32,000 nucleotides of DNA, from contig NZ_OMOH01000002.1 of the NCBI RefSeq assembly GCF_900289195.1, positions 31,206 through 63,205 on the forward strand, written 5' to 3'. Each line of letters begins with the position of its first letter. Positions within the stretch are counted from its first letter, which is position 1. Made by a program: the position numbers and the translations under genes. The DNA comes from Propionibacterium ruminifibrarum (lineage in GTDB: Bacteria > Actinomycetota > Actinomycetes > Propionibacteriales > Propionibacteriaceae). Shown one piece after another: positions 16,434-25,739 of this stretch. Below the pieces are notes generated by a model that saw only the letters and a program-made list of their open reading frames with translations, ran no database searches and was not told where the DNA came from.

Positions 16434-17069
16434 TTATTTCTTCTCGGCCTGCGGCTTGTCGTCGCCGACAGACGTCTTCTTCTGGCTGGACGAACGGGAC
16501 GTCGTCCTCTTGGCACCCTGCGCCCCGGCAGCGGCGGGTGACTTCTTCGCCTCTGCACCCTCCCCGGCTTCCGAGGCCTGCTCAGCGGTCACCGCGTCGG
16601 CGTCGGCGGCCGTCTTGGCCTCGGCGACCGGCGTCTGCTCCTGCTCGGCGACCGCCTTGCTCTCAGTGGCCGACTGCTGCTCCTGCTCGGCGACCGCCTT
16701 GGTCTCGGCGGCCTGCTTGGCCGCCTGTTTGGCGGCCTGATCCACCGAGGTGGGCGCGCCGAGACCGACGGTTGCCGGGGACAGCACGACACCACCGAGC
16801 TGCGTGTTCGGCCGGGGAATCACCGAGACCGCGAAGACCTTCGACACCTGGGCAGCGGCGCTCCGGGCAGCTGCGATGGCGGACTGGACGGAGGAGACCT
16901 GGCCCTCGATCTTCACGGTGACCATGCCTGCGCCGTCAGTCGTCTCGTAACCGATGAGCCGGACGTCAGCCGATTTCACCGCGACGTCGGCGGCCTCGAT
17001 GGCCGCTGGCAGACCGAGGACCTCGATCTCGCCCAAGGCGTTCGTGAGCATTGTGTCTCCTTCACTCAT
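16434..17069 (-). CDS. pduK: BMC-H shell protein with a ~115-aa low-complexity C-terminal extension (PduK-like by position)
   Basis: The N-terminal BMC domain is LGEIEVLGLPAAIEAADVAVKSADVRLIGYETTDGAGMVTVKIEGQVSSVQSAIAAA...VIPRP, followed by an A/Q/E/K-rich tail. An alternative start is the ATG at 17051 (M7), preceded by GAAGGAG. Confidence 0.75.
   Translation of the reverse strand: MSEGDTMLTNALGEIEVLGLPAAIEAADVAVKSADVRLIGYETTDGAGMVTVKIEGQVSSVQSAIAAARSAAAQVSKVFAVSVIPRPNTQLGGVVLSPATVGLGAPTSVDQAAKQAAKQAAETKAVAEQEQQSATESKAVAEQEQTPVAEAKTAADADAVTAEQASEAGEGAEAKKSPAAAGAQGAKRTTSRSSSQKKTSVGDDKPQAEKK
16635..16700. repeat. In-frame direct repeat inside the pduK tail: a 24-nt perfect copy with 42-bp period
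   Basis: ctgctcctgctcggcgaccgcctt occurs at 16635-16658 and 16677-16700. It encodes KAVAEQEQ twice, 14 aa apart. Confidence 0.85.
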
Positions 17070-17421
17070 TGGTGACCTCGATCAGGGGCATGCGTTTGAC
17101 GAGTCTGGCGGCATTCGCGCCCATGTCACGGGCGTGAGTCCAGTCGGCGTCGACGTCGAATGTGAGGTAGGGCCTGGCAGGGTCGAGCTTCTCCGTCGTG
17201 ACGACGATCTGGCGGGTGCTGACCCCCACACCCACGCCCAGGCGGGAGGCCAGCGCGGCCTCGTGGGCGAGTGCTGCGGCGTCGAAGGATCCACCGCGCG
17301 TCACCAGGCTCGGCACGCCCTCCTCCTCCATGCCGAATCCGATCTGGTCGATCCGGTCGGCGGGCACGTCCGATCCTGCCCTGATGCCGATGGTCGGTCT
17401 TTCCTGCTCGACTGGTCTCAT
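17062..17421 (-). CDS. pduH: Diol dehydratase reactivase small subunit PduH
   Basis: The ATG at 17421 overlaps the pduG stop (ATGA). The sequence PTIGIRAG...GFGMEEEGVP...GVGVGV resembles DdrB/PduH. Confidence 0.9.
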   Translation of the reverse strand: MRPVEQERPTIGIRAGSDVPADRIDQIGFGMEEEGVPSLVTRGGSFDAAALAHEAALASRLGVGVGVSTRQIVVTTEKLDPARPYLTFDVDADWTHARDMGANAARLVKRMPLIEVTNE

Positions 17422-19232
17422 GGCCGGCCCTCCCACGAGAGAACGAGGCCGGTGGCGACGGCGTTGCGCGGTCCCTGCGTGCCACGGATGTTGGCTCGGC
17501 CGGCGACGACGCGGTACTCGCCGAGCGCCTTGGTGACCAGTTGCGGAATCTCGAAGTCGAGGGCGGAGCCGCCGACCAGGACGACGTGGGCGATGTCGCG
17601 CACGTTGCGGGTGGGGCTCACGGCGGCCAGGGCACGCAGGGCATTGGTCACGAAGACGCGTTCCTTGGCGCGGATGCGGACCTGGCGGATGACCTCCAGG
17701 GGCTGGCGCAGCGGCAACGGGATCATGCCCTCGGGGTGAAGGATGACCGTCCGCGCGTAGAGCTCGGGGGCGAGCGGTTCGTCGAAGAACTGGGCGGTGC
17801 CGTCCTCGTGGCGGATGTTGAAGAGGGTCTCGACGCGGGCCAGCGGATAACGTTTGATGTTCTCGGCGAAATCGGTGCCCTCCAGGCCCAGTTCGGAGGC
17901 GATGAGCAGCGTCACCATGTTGCCGGCACCGGCCAGGTGGATCGAGGCGGCCCGGTCGCCGTCGCGGAGCACCGAGGCGTCGGTCGACCCGGCCCCCATG
18001 TCGAGGATCGCGATCGGCGTCGACGTGCCGGGAGTGGTCAGCGCGCCGCGGATGGCCATGTCGGCCTCGACGCCGCCGATCTCGACGCGGATGCCGAACT
18101 GCTTGGTCATGTCGTCGGCGATGCGCTGCATCTGCAGGCGGTCCGCCTTGACCATGACGGCGATGCCGACGGCGGCCTCCAGGGAGAACTCGCCCGCCAG
18201 GCCGCCGGTGACGGACTGGGGCACCTGGGTGTCGACGGCGAGCAGGTCGGTGATCTCGACGCCGGAGGGGTCGCGGTCGGTGAGCTGGCCCATCGTGACG
18301 CGGACCTTCTCCATCATGCCGCCGATGTTCGTGCCCGGTTCGCCCTTGATGTCCTGCAGGAGCCCCGCCTGGGCGCCGACCCGCATGATCTCGTCGGCAC
18401 CGGCCTCGACGTCGACGTCGGCGTTGCGCTCGCCGATGAAGTGCAGGGTGCCGGCTGGGATGTGACGTTCGGTGACGTCACCGGCCGGGGTCTTGATGAC
18501 CACTGCGGACCGGTTGCCGACGAGGGCTCGGGCCATGGGGACGACCGAGGCGGTCTCGGAGGGCGAGAGTTCGAAGAGGGTGGCGATGCCGTAGGGGTTC
18601 GACAGCGTCTCGATCACGCGGCCGGCCTCGGCCACCTCGATCGCGGCCGGCATGCCGATGGGCACCTTGTCGATGAGCTTGACCTCGTCGATGATGGGGA
18701 TCTTGCGCTCGAGACGGTTGGTGACGAGGACGCCGTCGTCGAGCTGCAGGATGGCGCCGGCGATCCTGACCCGTCCGGCGTACGCATTGATGAGTTCTGC
18801 CACGGCTCGGAAACCGTGGGTGCGGTCGGCGACGACGATGTAGGACTCCCCCGCCCTGGCGAGCTCGAGGTCATCGATCCTGATCGTCGTGCCGACCGCG
18901 ACGCCGAGCCCCCCGGGCGTGGCCGGGTTGTGCCCGATCATGGTGGACTCGGTGATGATCGTCTCGGAGATCGTCTCCATGGCCACATCGCCGATCACCG
19001 GCGCGGCCTCGTTGATGCGGATCAGATCGAGCTCGCCGATCTCGTGACCCGCCTTCTCGAGGGCGACGGTGAGCGCCTGGAACACGCCCTGGGTGTTCTG
19101 GGGCGTGCCCTTGATCCCCGTCGTGGGGATGGTCGATGCGGACAGGAACCTCGGGGTGGCACCGTCATGGACTTCTGCCAGCGCCACCTCCGTGGTGGCG
19201 TTGCCGATGTCGACGCCGGCGATGAGAGCCAT
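17418..19232 (-). CDS. pduG: Diol dehydratase reactivase large subunit PduG
   Basis: 604 aa. MALIAGVDIGNATTEVALA is the DdrA/PduG N-terminus. The ASKHA-like fold carries the insert domain. Lies directly downstream of pduCDE. Confidence 0.95.
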   Translation of the reverse strand: MALIAGVDIGNATTEVALAEVHDGATPRFLSASTIPTTGIKGTPQNTQGVFQALTVALEKAGHEIGELDLIRINEAAPVIGDVAMETISETIITESTMIGHNPATPGGLGVAVGTTIRIDDLELARAGESYIVVADRTHGFRAVAELINAYAGRVRIAGAILQLDDGVLVTNRLERKIPIIDEVKLIDKVPIGMPAAIEVAEAGRVIETLSNPYGIATLFELSPSETASVVPMARALVGNRSAVVIKTPAGDVTERHIPAGTLHFIGERNADVDVEAGADEIMRVGAQAGLLQDIKGEPGTNIGGMMEKVRVTMGQLTDRDPSGVEITDLLAVDTQVPQSVTGGLAGEFSLEAAVGIAVMVKADRLQMQRIADDMTKQFGIRVEIGGVEADMAIRGALTTPGTSTPIAILDMGAGSTDASVLRDGDRAASIHLAGAGNMVTLLIASELGLEGTDFAENIKRYPLARVETLFNIRHEDGTAQFFDEPLAPELYARTVILHPEGMIPLPLRQPLEVIRQVRIRAKERVFVTNALRALAAVSPTRNVRDIAHVVLVGGSALDFEIPQLVTKALGEYRVVAGRANIRGTQGPRNAVATGLVLSWEGRP

Positions 19233-19276
19233 GGGACGAATCTCCTGATGATGTGAGCGGGATCAGCGGGTGAGGA

Positions 19277-19825
19277 TCACTCGCTGTCCTTGAGGCGGCC
19301 GCGTTTCTCGTAGACGTCGGCACCCTCGCGGATGAAGGCCGCGTTGATGGTGCAGCCGTAGTCCTTCTCCAGCTTGTCGGCGATGGCGTACAGCTCGGCC
19401 TTGGTCGAGCGATACGGGCGCAGCGCGTCGTAGACCTCGAGCAGTTCGTCATCGGGGACGGCGATGAGCTCGGCGGCCCGCCGCATGTTGCGCGCCAGCG
19501 AGTCACGACCGTCGGACTCCGCCACCTGGGCCTGCAGTTCGAGGGTCTCGGGCGCGATACGGAAGTCCTCGGCCTTGAGTTCGCCGTTCTTCAGCTTCTC
19601 GAACGAGAAGTCGGTGAGCGGGCGACCGTTGGCGGCCTTGATCTTCTCGGGGGCCTTCTCGCCCAGCGGGTACTGGGACTTGTCGACCCTGTCGGCCCGT
19701 GCCGGGGACGGGGACGGCGCTGCCGCCGGTGCCGCGGTGTCTTTCTTGGCGAAGGTCACGTTGTCCTGATTGAGGTTCGCCATGACCTCGCTCATGATCT
19801 GGCGGATCAGTTCTTCCGAATCCAT
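19277..19825 (-). CDS. pduE: Diol dehydratase small (gamma) subunit PduE
   Basis: 182 aa. N-terminal helix SEELIRQIMSEVMANL plus a P/A linker, then the conserved core (YPLGEK, ETLELQAQVAE, GRLK). Confidence 0.93.
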   Translation of the reverse strand: MDSEELIRQIMSEVMANLNQDNVTFAKKDTAAPAAAPSPSPARADRVDKSQYPLGEKAPEKIKAANGRPLTDFSFEKLKNGELKAEDFRIAPETLELQAQVAESDGRDSLARNMRRAAELIAVPDDELLEVYDALRPYRSTKAELYAIADKLEKDYGCTINAAFIREGADVYEKRGRLKDSE

Positions 19826-19833
19826 GGCTTCTC

Positions 19834-20526
19834 CTATCGGTACTCGACCCGAAGCGCCTGGGGCTTCTTGCTCAGGTCGCAGAGCCCGGCTTCCTTGAGG
19901 TGGAACAGTGCGGCGATGGCCTGGTACTTCGGACGGGCCATCTGGTCGTTGCGCACCGGGACGGGATCGGGCGACTCGCCCTTGGCGTAGCGGGCCGCGT
20001 TCTTGCCGATCGCACGGAACGTCTCCAGGTCGATCAGGGGCGCCTGGCTGAACAACTCGAGGTTGGACAGCGGAGGCAGGTCCTTCTGGTGGATGACCGT
20101 GGTGCCGCGGGACTGGATGCCGATGCCCACACCCGAACCGGAGTACTCGGCGGCGTCATGGGCGATGAAGCCCACGTCGGCCGTACGGAAGATCCGGATG
20201 AAGCGGTAGCTCAGTCCCTCCTCCTCGATACCGGCGCAGACCTCGCGGACCACGTCGGCGTGCGGCAGGTCGATGATCGTCTTGTTGATGACACCGCCGA
20301 ACGCCGGCGCCAGGGCGATGACGACCTCGCGGGGATTGGTGCCGCGCTCGGCCGGACCGGCCTCGGTGACCACGAGTTCCTCACCGTCGCCGAGCGGTGC
20401 GGCCGGGGCCGCGGCCGGGGCGACGGCGGTGGCGGCGGCGGCCGGAGTGGACGTGGCTGGGGCCGGGGCGCCGGTGAACTCGCTGACGACCTGTTCGATG
20501 ATGCTACGGAGCGTCTTCTCATCCAT
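19834..20526 (-). CDS. pduD: Diol dehydratase medium (beta) subunit PduD
   Basis: Internal ATG at 20526, with GAGGTGAG overlapping the pduC stop. [17 protein letters not shown] is an encapsulation-peptide-like helix followed by an A/P linker. The core contains [11 protein letters not shown] and [13 protein letters not shown]. Confidence 0.93.
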   Translation of the reverse strand: MDEKTLRSIIEQVVSEFTGAPAPATSTPAAAATAVAPAAAPAAPLGDGEELVVTEAGPAERGTNPREVVIALAPAFGGVINKTIIDLPHADVVREVCAGIEEEGLSYRFIRIFRTADVGFIAHDAAEYSGSGVGIGIQSRGTTVIHQKDLPPLSNLELFSQAPLIDLETFRAIGKNAARYAKGESPDPVPVRNDQMARPKYQAIAALFHLKEAGLCDLSKKPQALRVEYR

Positions 20527-20536
20527 GGTGCTCACC

Positions 20537-22198
20537 TCAGATGCTCTCGGGGCTGATGGCCTGGCGAATGTTCGACAGCTGAGCCCACTTCTCGTCACTG
20601 ATCTGGTAGCCCGTGAGCGGACCAGCGTAGGTGTTGGGGTAGTTGACGGAGCTGATCACATGGAAGTCCTCGTCCAGGATGGCCGAGGTGTGCAGGTAGT
20701 CGCCGGCGACGCGCTGGGTCAGCATGTTGTAGACGGACTCCGCGACGTCCTCGAAGCCACCGCGAACCAGGGCATGGACGATGTCCACACCGGTCAGGCC
20801 ACGATTCATGAGGTCCTCGGCGGCCTTGAGGTCCTCGACCACGTTGCGAACCGGCATGTCCTCCGAACCACGGGCGTAGGTGGCGGCCTCGACCTCCTCG
20901 TCGGTGATCTCGGTCAGTCCGAGCTCACGGAAGATGGCCTGAATGGCGCGGGCGGCCTTGTTACGGACGCGGACGACCTCGTCCTCGGTGACGGGCACGA
21001 GACCGCCATCGATCTTGAGGTCGCGCTGGATGACGAGCCAGTCGTCGTAGTCGTCGGCGTCCCAGTTGGAGCCGGCGAACATGTTGTCGTAGTTCGGCGT
21101 GGCCGAGTAACCCGAGCAGATGAAGTCCGTGCCGGGCACGAACTGCATGAGCGAGCGGGCGACTCGACGCAGGTCCGAGTGCGTGAAGGTCTGGTCGTTG
21201 GACGAGGCGCACTCCAGGTCGAGGCTGACCGCGATGAGGTTCTCGGCGAGCACGGCACGGATACCGCCGGGAACGGCCGCGGGAACACCGATGCAGGAGA
21301 CCGAGCCGTTCTGGATGCCCTGGGAGCCGGCTCCCTTGGTGAAGTAGAGGCAGCGGGCCTCGAGGTACAGCATCGACTTGCCCTCGGCGTAGCCCATCTG
21401 GACCTCCGAGCCGGTGCCCGAGGTGAACCGCATCTTCAGGCCGCGGGACGCGTAGCAGGAGGCCAGGAAGGCCTTCGACCACGGCGTGTCGTCGCCGTCC
21501 ATGAAGACCTGTTCGGTGCCGTACACCGACACGGTCTCCGCGTACGCGGTGAAGCCGCGCATGCCGAGGGCGAGCTCGGTGGCCTCCTCGACGGAGCACT
21601 GGGTGAGGATGCCGGGACGACCCACCTGGGAACCCACCATGTTGGCGATGGCGTTGAAGGGCGCATAGCGCACGATGCCGACCGTCGTCTCCTCCTCGGC
21701 GAAGCCTCGCAGCGAGCCCTCGGCGGCGTCGGCGGCGATCTGCACCGGGTTGTCCCTGACGTTCGTCACATGGGCCTGGTTGGCCGGGAACAGACGCGAC
21801 CGCATCTTGGTCACGGCCATCATCATCTCGAGCACGTTCATCGTGCCGACGACCTCGACCATCTTGGCGGGGGTCATGGCCGTCGTCAGTTTCACGACCT
21901 CGGAGCGCGGCACGCGGAAGTCGACCATCTTGCGGGCCAGCTCCAGCGAGGGGGTCGCGTTGACCTCGACCGCGTTCTCCAGTCGAATGCCGTAGTCGGC
22001 GATGAAGGTGTCGATCATGTCGAACTCTTCACGCTTCTTGCCGTCGAGCTCGACGACCACACCGTTCTCGATCTTGATCGAGGGAGTGGGATCGGCCGGC
22101 GAGTTCATGGCGATGAGGCCCATCTCGGGCCACTCTTTCACATAACCGTCCTGGCTGACCGGACGTGCGTCCAGCGCCTCGAAACGCTTGCTTCTCAC
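20537..22198 (-). CDS. pduC: Diol dehydratase large (alpha) subunit PduC
   Basis: 553 aa. [31 protein letters not shown]... and collinear conservation along the whole length with B12-dependent diol/glycerol dehydratase alpha subunits. Confidence 0.97.
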   Translation of the reverse strand: MRSKRFEALDARPVSQDGYVKEWPEMGLIAMNSPADPTPSIKIENGVVVELDGKKREEFDMIDTFIADYGIRLENAVEVNATPSLELARKMVDFRVPRSEVVKLTTAMTPAKMVEVVGTMNVLEMMMAVTKMRSRLFPANQAHVTNVRDNPVQIAADAAEGSLRGFAEEETTVGIVRYAPFNAIANMVGSQVGRPGILTQCSVEEATELALGMRGFTAYAETVSVYGTEQVFMDGDDTPWSKAFLASCYASRGLKMRFTSGTGSEVQMGYAEGKSMLYLEARCLYFTKGAGSQGIQNGSVSCIGVPAAVPGGIRAVLAENLIAVSLDLECASSNDQTFTHSDLRRVARSLMQFVPGTDFICSGYSATPNYDNMFAGSNWDADDYDDWLVIQRDLKIDGGLVPVTEDEVVRVRNKAARAIQAIFRELGLTEITDEEVEAATYARGSEDMPVRNVVEDLKAAEDLMNRGLTGVDIVHALVRGGFEDVAESVYNMLTQRVAGDYLHTSAILDEDFHVISSVNYPNTYAGPLTGYQISDEKWAQLSNIRQAISPESI

Positions 22199-22215
22199 GG
22201 AAGATGCCTCGTTTC

Positions 22216-23013
22216 TCAGATGTACGGGGTGGTGGTCGACACGGGGGTCGCGCCCATGGCACCGAGCAGTCCCAGACCGACCTCGCGGGCGGCGACGATC
22301 GCCTGGCGCACCGCACCGGAGTCGCCGGTGAAGGCCGAGATGACCTCGTTGGAGTAGCTGGTGCCGCCGTTACCGGGGCTGGAGTAGCCGATGACGTCGA
22401 TCGTCGAGGCCTTGACCGCGGTATCGGCCAGGACGACGCCGATGGCGGCCGGGGCGCCGACCGTGATGCCGAAGGACTTGCCGAGCGGGGCCCCGAAGGC
22501 CTTGTTGAGGGCGTGGGAGGCCCGCGCGGTGTACTGGAACTCCAGGTGCCCGGCGTCGTTGCCATAGACATCCCCGAACGTGCGCTCGAGCTCACCGAGG
22601 GTCACCTCGACGGCACGACGGGCGTCCGAGACGTCCTCGGCGCCGAAGATGATGAGGGAGCCGTGACCTGCGCCTCCCTTGGTGTCACGCGGGAGCTCGA
22701 TCGAGATGATGTCGGTGTTGGTCGCCTTGACACCCTCGTCAGCGGCGAAGATGTGCGGGCCGGCGCCGGTGCGGTCGCCGATGATGCCGATCGAACGGAA
22801 CTTCGGGTCGATGCCCATCAGCTTGTGCAGCTGCGGGTCGACGTTGGGGATGACCAGACCGATGGTGTCGCCGAGCTCGGTGGCGCCCACGAACTGAGTG
22901 GCCTCGGGGATGGTGACCTGACGCTGGGCGGGCGCCGCGGGTGCGGCCTTGTCGGCGGAGATCTTGTTCATGACGGCCGACATGATCTGGTCGACGAGCT
23001 GATCGTTAGCCAT
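22216..23013 (-). CDS. pduB: BMC-T tandem-domain shell protein PduB
   Basis: Near-collinear with Salmonella PduB as recalled: RSIGI.G.RTGAGPHI.AADE.VKATNT...SIELPRDTKGGAGHGSLII.G, LE.QYTARAS.AL.KAFGAP.G, GDSGAVRQA. The N-terminal helix is DQLVDQIMSAVMNKI. Confidence 0.95.
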   Translation of the reverse strand: MANDQLVDQIMSAVMNKISADKAAPAAPAQRQVTIPEATQFVGATELGDTIGLVIPNVDPQLHKLMGIDPKFRSIGIIGDRTGAGPHIFAADEGVKATNTDIISIELPRDTKGGAGHGSLIIFGAEDVSDARRAVEVTLGELERTFGDVYGNDAGHLEFQYTARASHALNKAFGAPLGKSFGITVGAPAAIGVVLADTAVKASTIDVIGYSSPGNGGTSYSNEVISAFTGDSGAVRQAIVAAREVGLGLLGAMGATPVSTTTPYI

Positions 23014-23027
23014 TTTCGGTCAACGCC

Positions 23028-23309
23028 TCACTTCTGGTCGACGGACGGGAGGATCTTCTCCACGTCGGTATGGGGACGCGGGATGACATGGACCGAGACC
23101 AGCTCGCCCACGTTCTGCGCGGCAACGGCGCCCGCGTCGGTGGCAGCCTTGACGGCACCGACATCACCGCGGACGAGCACGGTCACCAGACCGGAACCGA
23201 CGCGCTGGCTGCCGATGAGCACGACATTGGCCGACTTCACCATCGCGTCCGCAGCTTCAACGGCGGCGACGAAACCCTTCGTCTCCACCATGCCAAGGGC
23301 TTCTTGCAT
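23028..23309 (-). CDS. pduA: BMC-H hexamer shell protein PduA
   Basis: 93 aa from the ATG at 23309, with GGAGGAG 7 nt upstream. [60 protein letters not shown]...VHVIPRPH. First gene of the operon. Confidence 0.93.
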   Translation of the reverse strand: MQEALGMVETKGFVAAVEAADAMVKSANVVLIGSQRVGSGLVTVLVRGDVGAVKAATDAGAVAAQNVGELVSVHVIPRPHTDVEKILPSVDQK

Positions 23310-23735
23310 TCTGAACTCCTCCGTTGGACTTGATACGAGCCGCCATTGGCCACGCCGGCCACGGGCGGGAATACCTAAGACTCTAGGCCATGAATCAGGA
23401 GAGAAGGTCATTCAGCGCTCTACATTTTGGCCCGATGTCACTCATTGCCGCGCGACCAAAAAATCACTTGGAGAACCAAAAAGTGTAAATGCTCGGCGAC
23501 ACATCGGGGCTGTTGGGACAATGCGGCCACATCCATGCCCGCACCCTTGACATCGACACCCATGAAGGCGTCATACTTATTCATTGCGTGGCCCCGGAGA
23601 GAGCGGGGCCTGCAGCTCGGGAGGCCTCCGGCGCCACCGTCGCACCGCATCCTCCAGCGGGCCCCGGGGCCGCCCCAGAACATGTTCACCACGCGATCGG
23701 AACCGCTTCCGCGGAGCCGGCCTGGACGAAAGGCG
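23310..23735. promoter_or_regulatory. Divergent pduA / pduU control region
   Basis: 426-bp gap between divergent genes with a locally AT-rich core. ACCAAAAA(A) is directly repeated at 23455 and 23475, a 20-bp period. A candidate minus-strand -10 TAGAGT corresponds to plus 23380-23385. There are no supported ORFs. Confidence 0.4.
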
Positions 23736-24080
23736 ATGATGGCCGAGAAGCAGCGCATCATCCAGGAGTTCGTCCCGGGCAAGCAGGTCACGCTCGCACA
23801 CGTCCTGTCCAACCCGGATGACGGCCTGTACGCCAAGATCGGCCTGCCGAATGACGGCAGCGCGATCGGCATCATGACGATCACCCCGAGTGAGGCCGCG
23901 ATCATCGCGGCCGACGTGGCGACCAAGGCCTCCAGCGTCGAGTTGGGTTTCGTCGACCGCTTCTCGGGCTCCCTGGTCGTCCTCGGCAGGCTCGCCGACG
24001 TCGAGGCCTCGATCACCGCAGCGACCGACACGCTGTGCAGCGAGCTCGGTTTCGCCCCCGCTCCCCTGACCCGCACATGA
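23736..24080 (+). CDS. pduU: Circularly permuted BMC-H shell protein PduU/EutS family
   Basis: MMAEKQRIIQEFVPGKQVTLAHVLSNP...AIGIMTITPSEAAIIAADVATKASSVELGFVDRFSGSLVV... ends in LTRT. It closely parallels the PduU/EutS sequences as recalled. The 103-codon upstream extension of the ORF looks non-coding. Confidence 0.9.
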   Translation: MMAEKQRIIQEFVPGKQVTLAHVLSNPDDGLYAKIGLPNDGSAIGIMTITPSEAAIIAADVATKASSVELGFVDRFSGSLVVLGRLADVEASITAATDTLCSELGFAPAPLTRT

Positions 24081-24502
24081 AGCGCCTGCTCATGATCGGC
24101 AGCGTGGGCTGCGGCAAGACGACGCTCATGCAGCGCCTGCACGGCCGGGAGATCGCCTACGAGAAGACCGAGACGATCAACACCGAGGACAACGTCGTGG
24201 ACACCCCCGGCGAGTACCTCGAACTGCCCTTCTACAAGCACGCCCTACGTCTTGCGTCCTTCGACCGCGACTTGGTCGTCATGCTCGCCTCGGCGACCGT
24301 CGCCGAGGCGAAGTTCCCGCCCGGCTTCTCGACCTTCTTCACGGTCCCCTCGATCGGCGTCGTCACGAAGATCGATCTCGCCGAACAACCCGCCATCGAC
24401 ATGGCGGCCGCGCACCTGCGTGAGGCCGGTGCCACCGAGATCTTCTACGTCTCGGCGGTGACGGGCGAGGGCATTCCCGAACTCGAGGCACGGCTGGACT
24501 GA
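24077..24502 (+). CDS. pduV: EutP/PduV-family small GTPase
   Basis: The ATG at 24077 overlaps the pduU stop (ATGA). P-loop IGSVGCGKTTL, DTPGEY and VVTKIDL (the NKxD-equivalent) are present. Length is 141 aa. Confidence 0.88.
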   Translation: MKRLLMIGSVGCGKTTLMQRLHGREIAYEKTETINTEDNVVDTPGEYLELPFYKHALRLASFDRDLVVMLASATVAEAKFPPGFSTFFTVPSIGVVTKIDLAEQPAIDMAAAHLREAGATEIFYVSAVTGEGIPELEARLD

Positions 24503-24556
24503 GGTCCTCTCGACCGGGACCACGACTCCGCCACGGTGCCCGGCCGTGAACGCGTC

Positions 24557-24590
24557 GGGGCCCGCCCCCGCATCGTGCAGGGCGGGCCCC
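24557..24590. terminator. Hairpin between convergent pduV and pduQ; candidate bidirectional terminator
   Basis: ggggcccgccc-(12 nt)-gggcgggcccc forms a perfect 11-bp G/C stem. There is no clear U-tract on either strand. Confidence 0.55.
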
Positions 24591-24611
24591 GACAGTGTCC
24601 TTGTCAGGATG

Positions 24612-25739
24612 TCATACCAGCTTGTGCAGGATCGTCACGATGTCCTCGTGAGTGGGTTCGACGGGGTTCCCGCTGCTGCAGAAGTCGACCAGGGCGGCGC
24701 TGGCCAGGTCGGGGATCGCCTCGCAGAACTCGCGCTTGTCCACTCCAGCCTCGGTGATCGTGGCGGGCATCTCGATCGCGTCCCGCAGCCTCTCGACGCG
24801 GCGGATCAGTTTGATGACGTAGTTGCGCTCGTTCGTGGCCTGCATGCCGGCGTGGAAGGCCAGCTTGTAGTACCGCTGGGCCACCCCGGACAGCGGCGCA
24901 CCGATCGACAGGTCACCGGCGTTGAAGGCCATGACGTGCGGCATGATCATCGCATTGAGCCGGCCATGGGCCACGTGGAAACTGCCGCCGATCGAGTGCG
25001 AGATGCCGTGGACGATGCCCAGGCCCGCGTTCTCGAAGGCGACACCGGCCATGGTGGCGGCATTCTGCATGTGGTCGCGCGCCTCGAGGTCCTCGCCGTC
25101 GCGGTAGCTGCGGGGCAGGTAGCGGAAGATGATGCGCACGGCCTTCTCCGCCAAGGCGTCGGACAGGTCGTTGTGGCCTCTCGCAACGACCGCCTCGATG
25201 GCGTGGCTGAGGGCATCCATACCCGAGTCGGCGGTGAGCCTCGGCGGGCAGGTGCGCACCGCCTCGGGATCGAGGATCGCCACGTCGGCGATCATGCCCG
25301 GATCGGTGAGGGGGACCTTCGTGTGGGTCACGGGGTCGGTGACGACGGAGAAGGACGTCACCTCCGAGCCCGTGCCACTGGTCGTCGGGATCACGATGAA
25401 ACCTGCCGGCAGTTCCCTACCCTGTTGGCCGGCCATGTGACGCACGGCCTTGGCCGTGTCAATGGGTGAGCCCCCGCCCAGGCCGATGAGGGCCTCCGGC
25501 TCGAACTCGAGGTAGGCCTTGAAACCGGCCGCGACGGCATGGGTGTCGGGGTTCGGCTGCACGTCGGAGAAGACGCTCACCTGAGCATCGCCGAGACGCG
25601 CACGCACCTGATCCATGAGCGGCGCGGTGGCCATGAAACCATCGGTGATGATGAGGACACGACGGCCGCTCAGAGCACCCAGTGCGCTGAGCGCATCAGG
25701 CCCTGAGACGACCCTTGTTGGAACCTGGAACTGCAGCAC
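24612..25739 (-). CDS. pduQ: Iron-containing (group III) alcohol dehydrogenase, PduQ/EutG-like
   Basis: 375 aa. GLGGGSPIDTAKAV and the His-rich metal site (HG.SH..GG.FH..HG) are present. The GTG start at 25739 is preceded by GAGGAAAGG and lies inside the 3' end of pocR. Confidence 0.8.
   Translation of the reverse strand: MLQFQVPTRVVSGPDALSALGALSGRRVLIITDGFMATAPLMDQVRARLGDAQVSVFSDVQPNPDTHAVAAGFKAYLEFEPEALIGLGGGSPIDTAKAVRHMAGQQGRELPAGFIVIPTTSGTGSEVTSFSVVTDPVTHTKVPLTDPGMIADVAILDPEAVRTCPPRLTADSGMDALSHAIEAVVARGHNDLSDALAEKAVRIIFRYLPRSYRDGEDLEARDHMQNAATMAGVAFENAGLGIVHGISHSIGGSFHVAHGRLNAMIMPHVMAFNAGDLSIGAPLSGVAQRYYKLAFHAGMQATNERNYVIKLIRRVERLRDAIEMPATITEAGVDKREFCEAIPDLASAALVDFCSSGNPVEPTHEDIVTILHKLV

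Noticed and set aside
16560-16745. Short tandem repeats that might suggest a CRISPR array or a VNTR locus
   Set aside because: The repeats are in frame within the pduK tail and encode KAVAEQEQ and AAKQ motifs. There are only two copies and no spacer-like unique units. This is low-complexity coding sequence.
22900-22935. An internal start for a PduB' isoform, as in Salmonella
   Set aside because: No ATG exists between codons 16 and about 64. The only candidate is a GTG at the FVG motif, with a distant GAGG, and it would truncate the first BMC domain. There is not enough evidence to call a second isoform.
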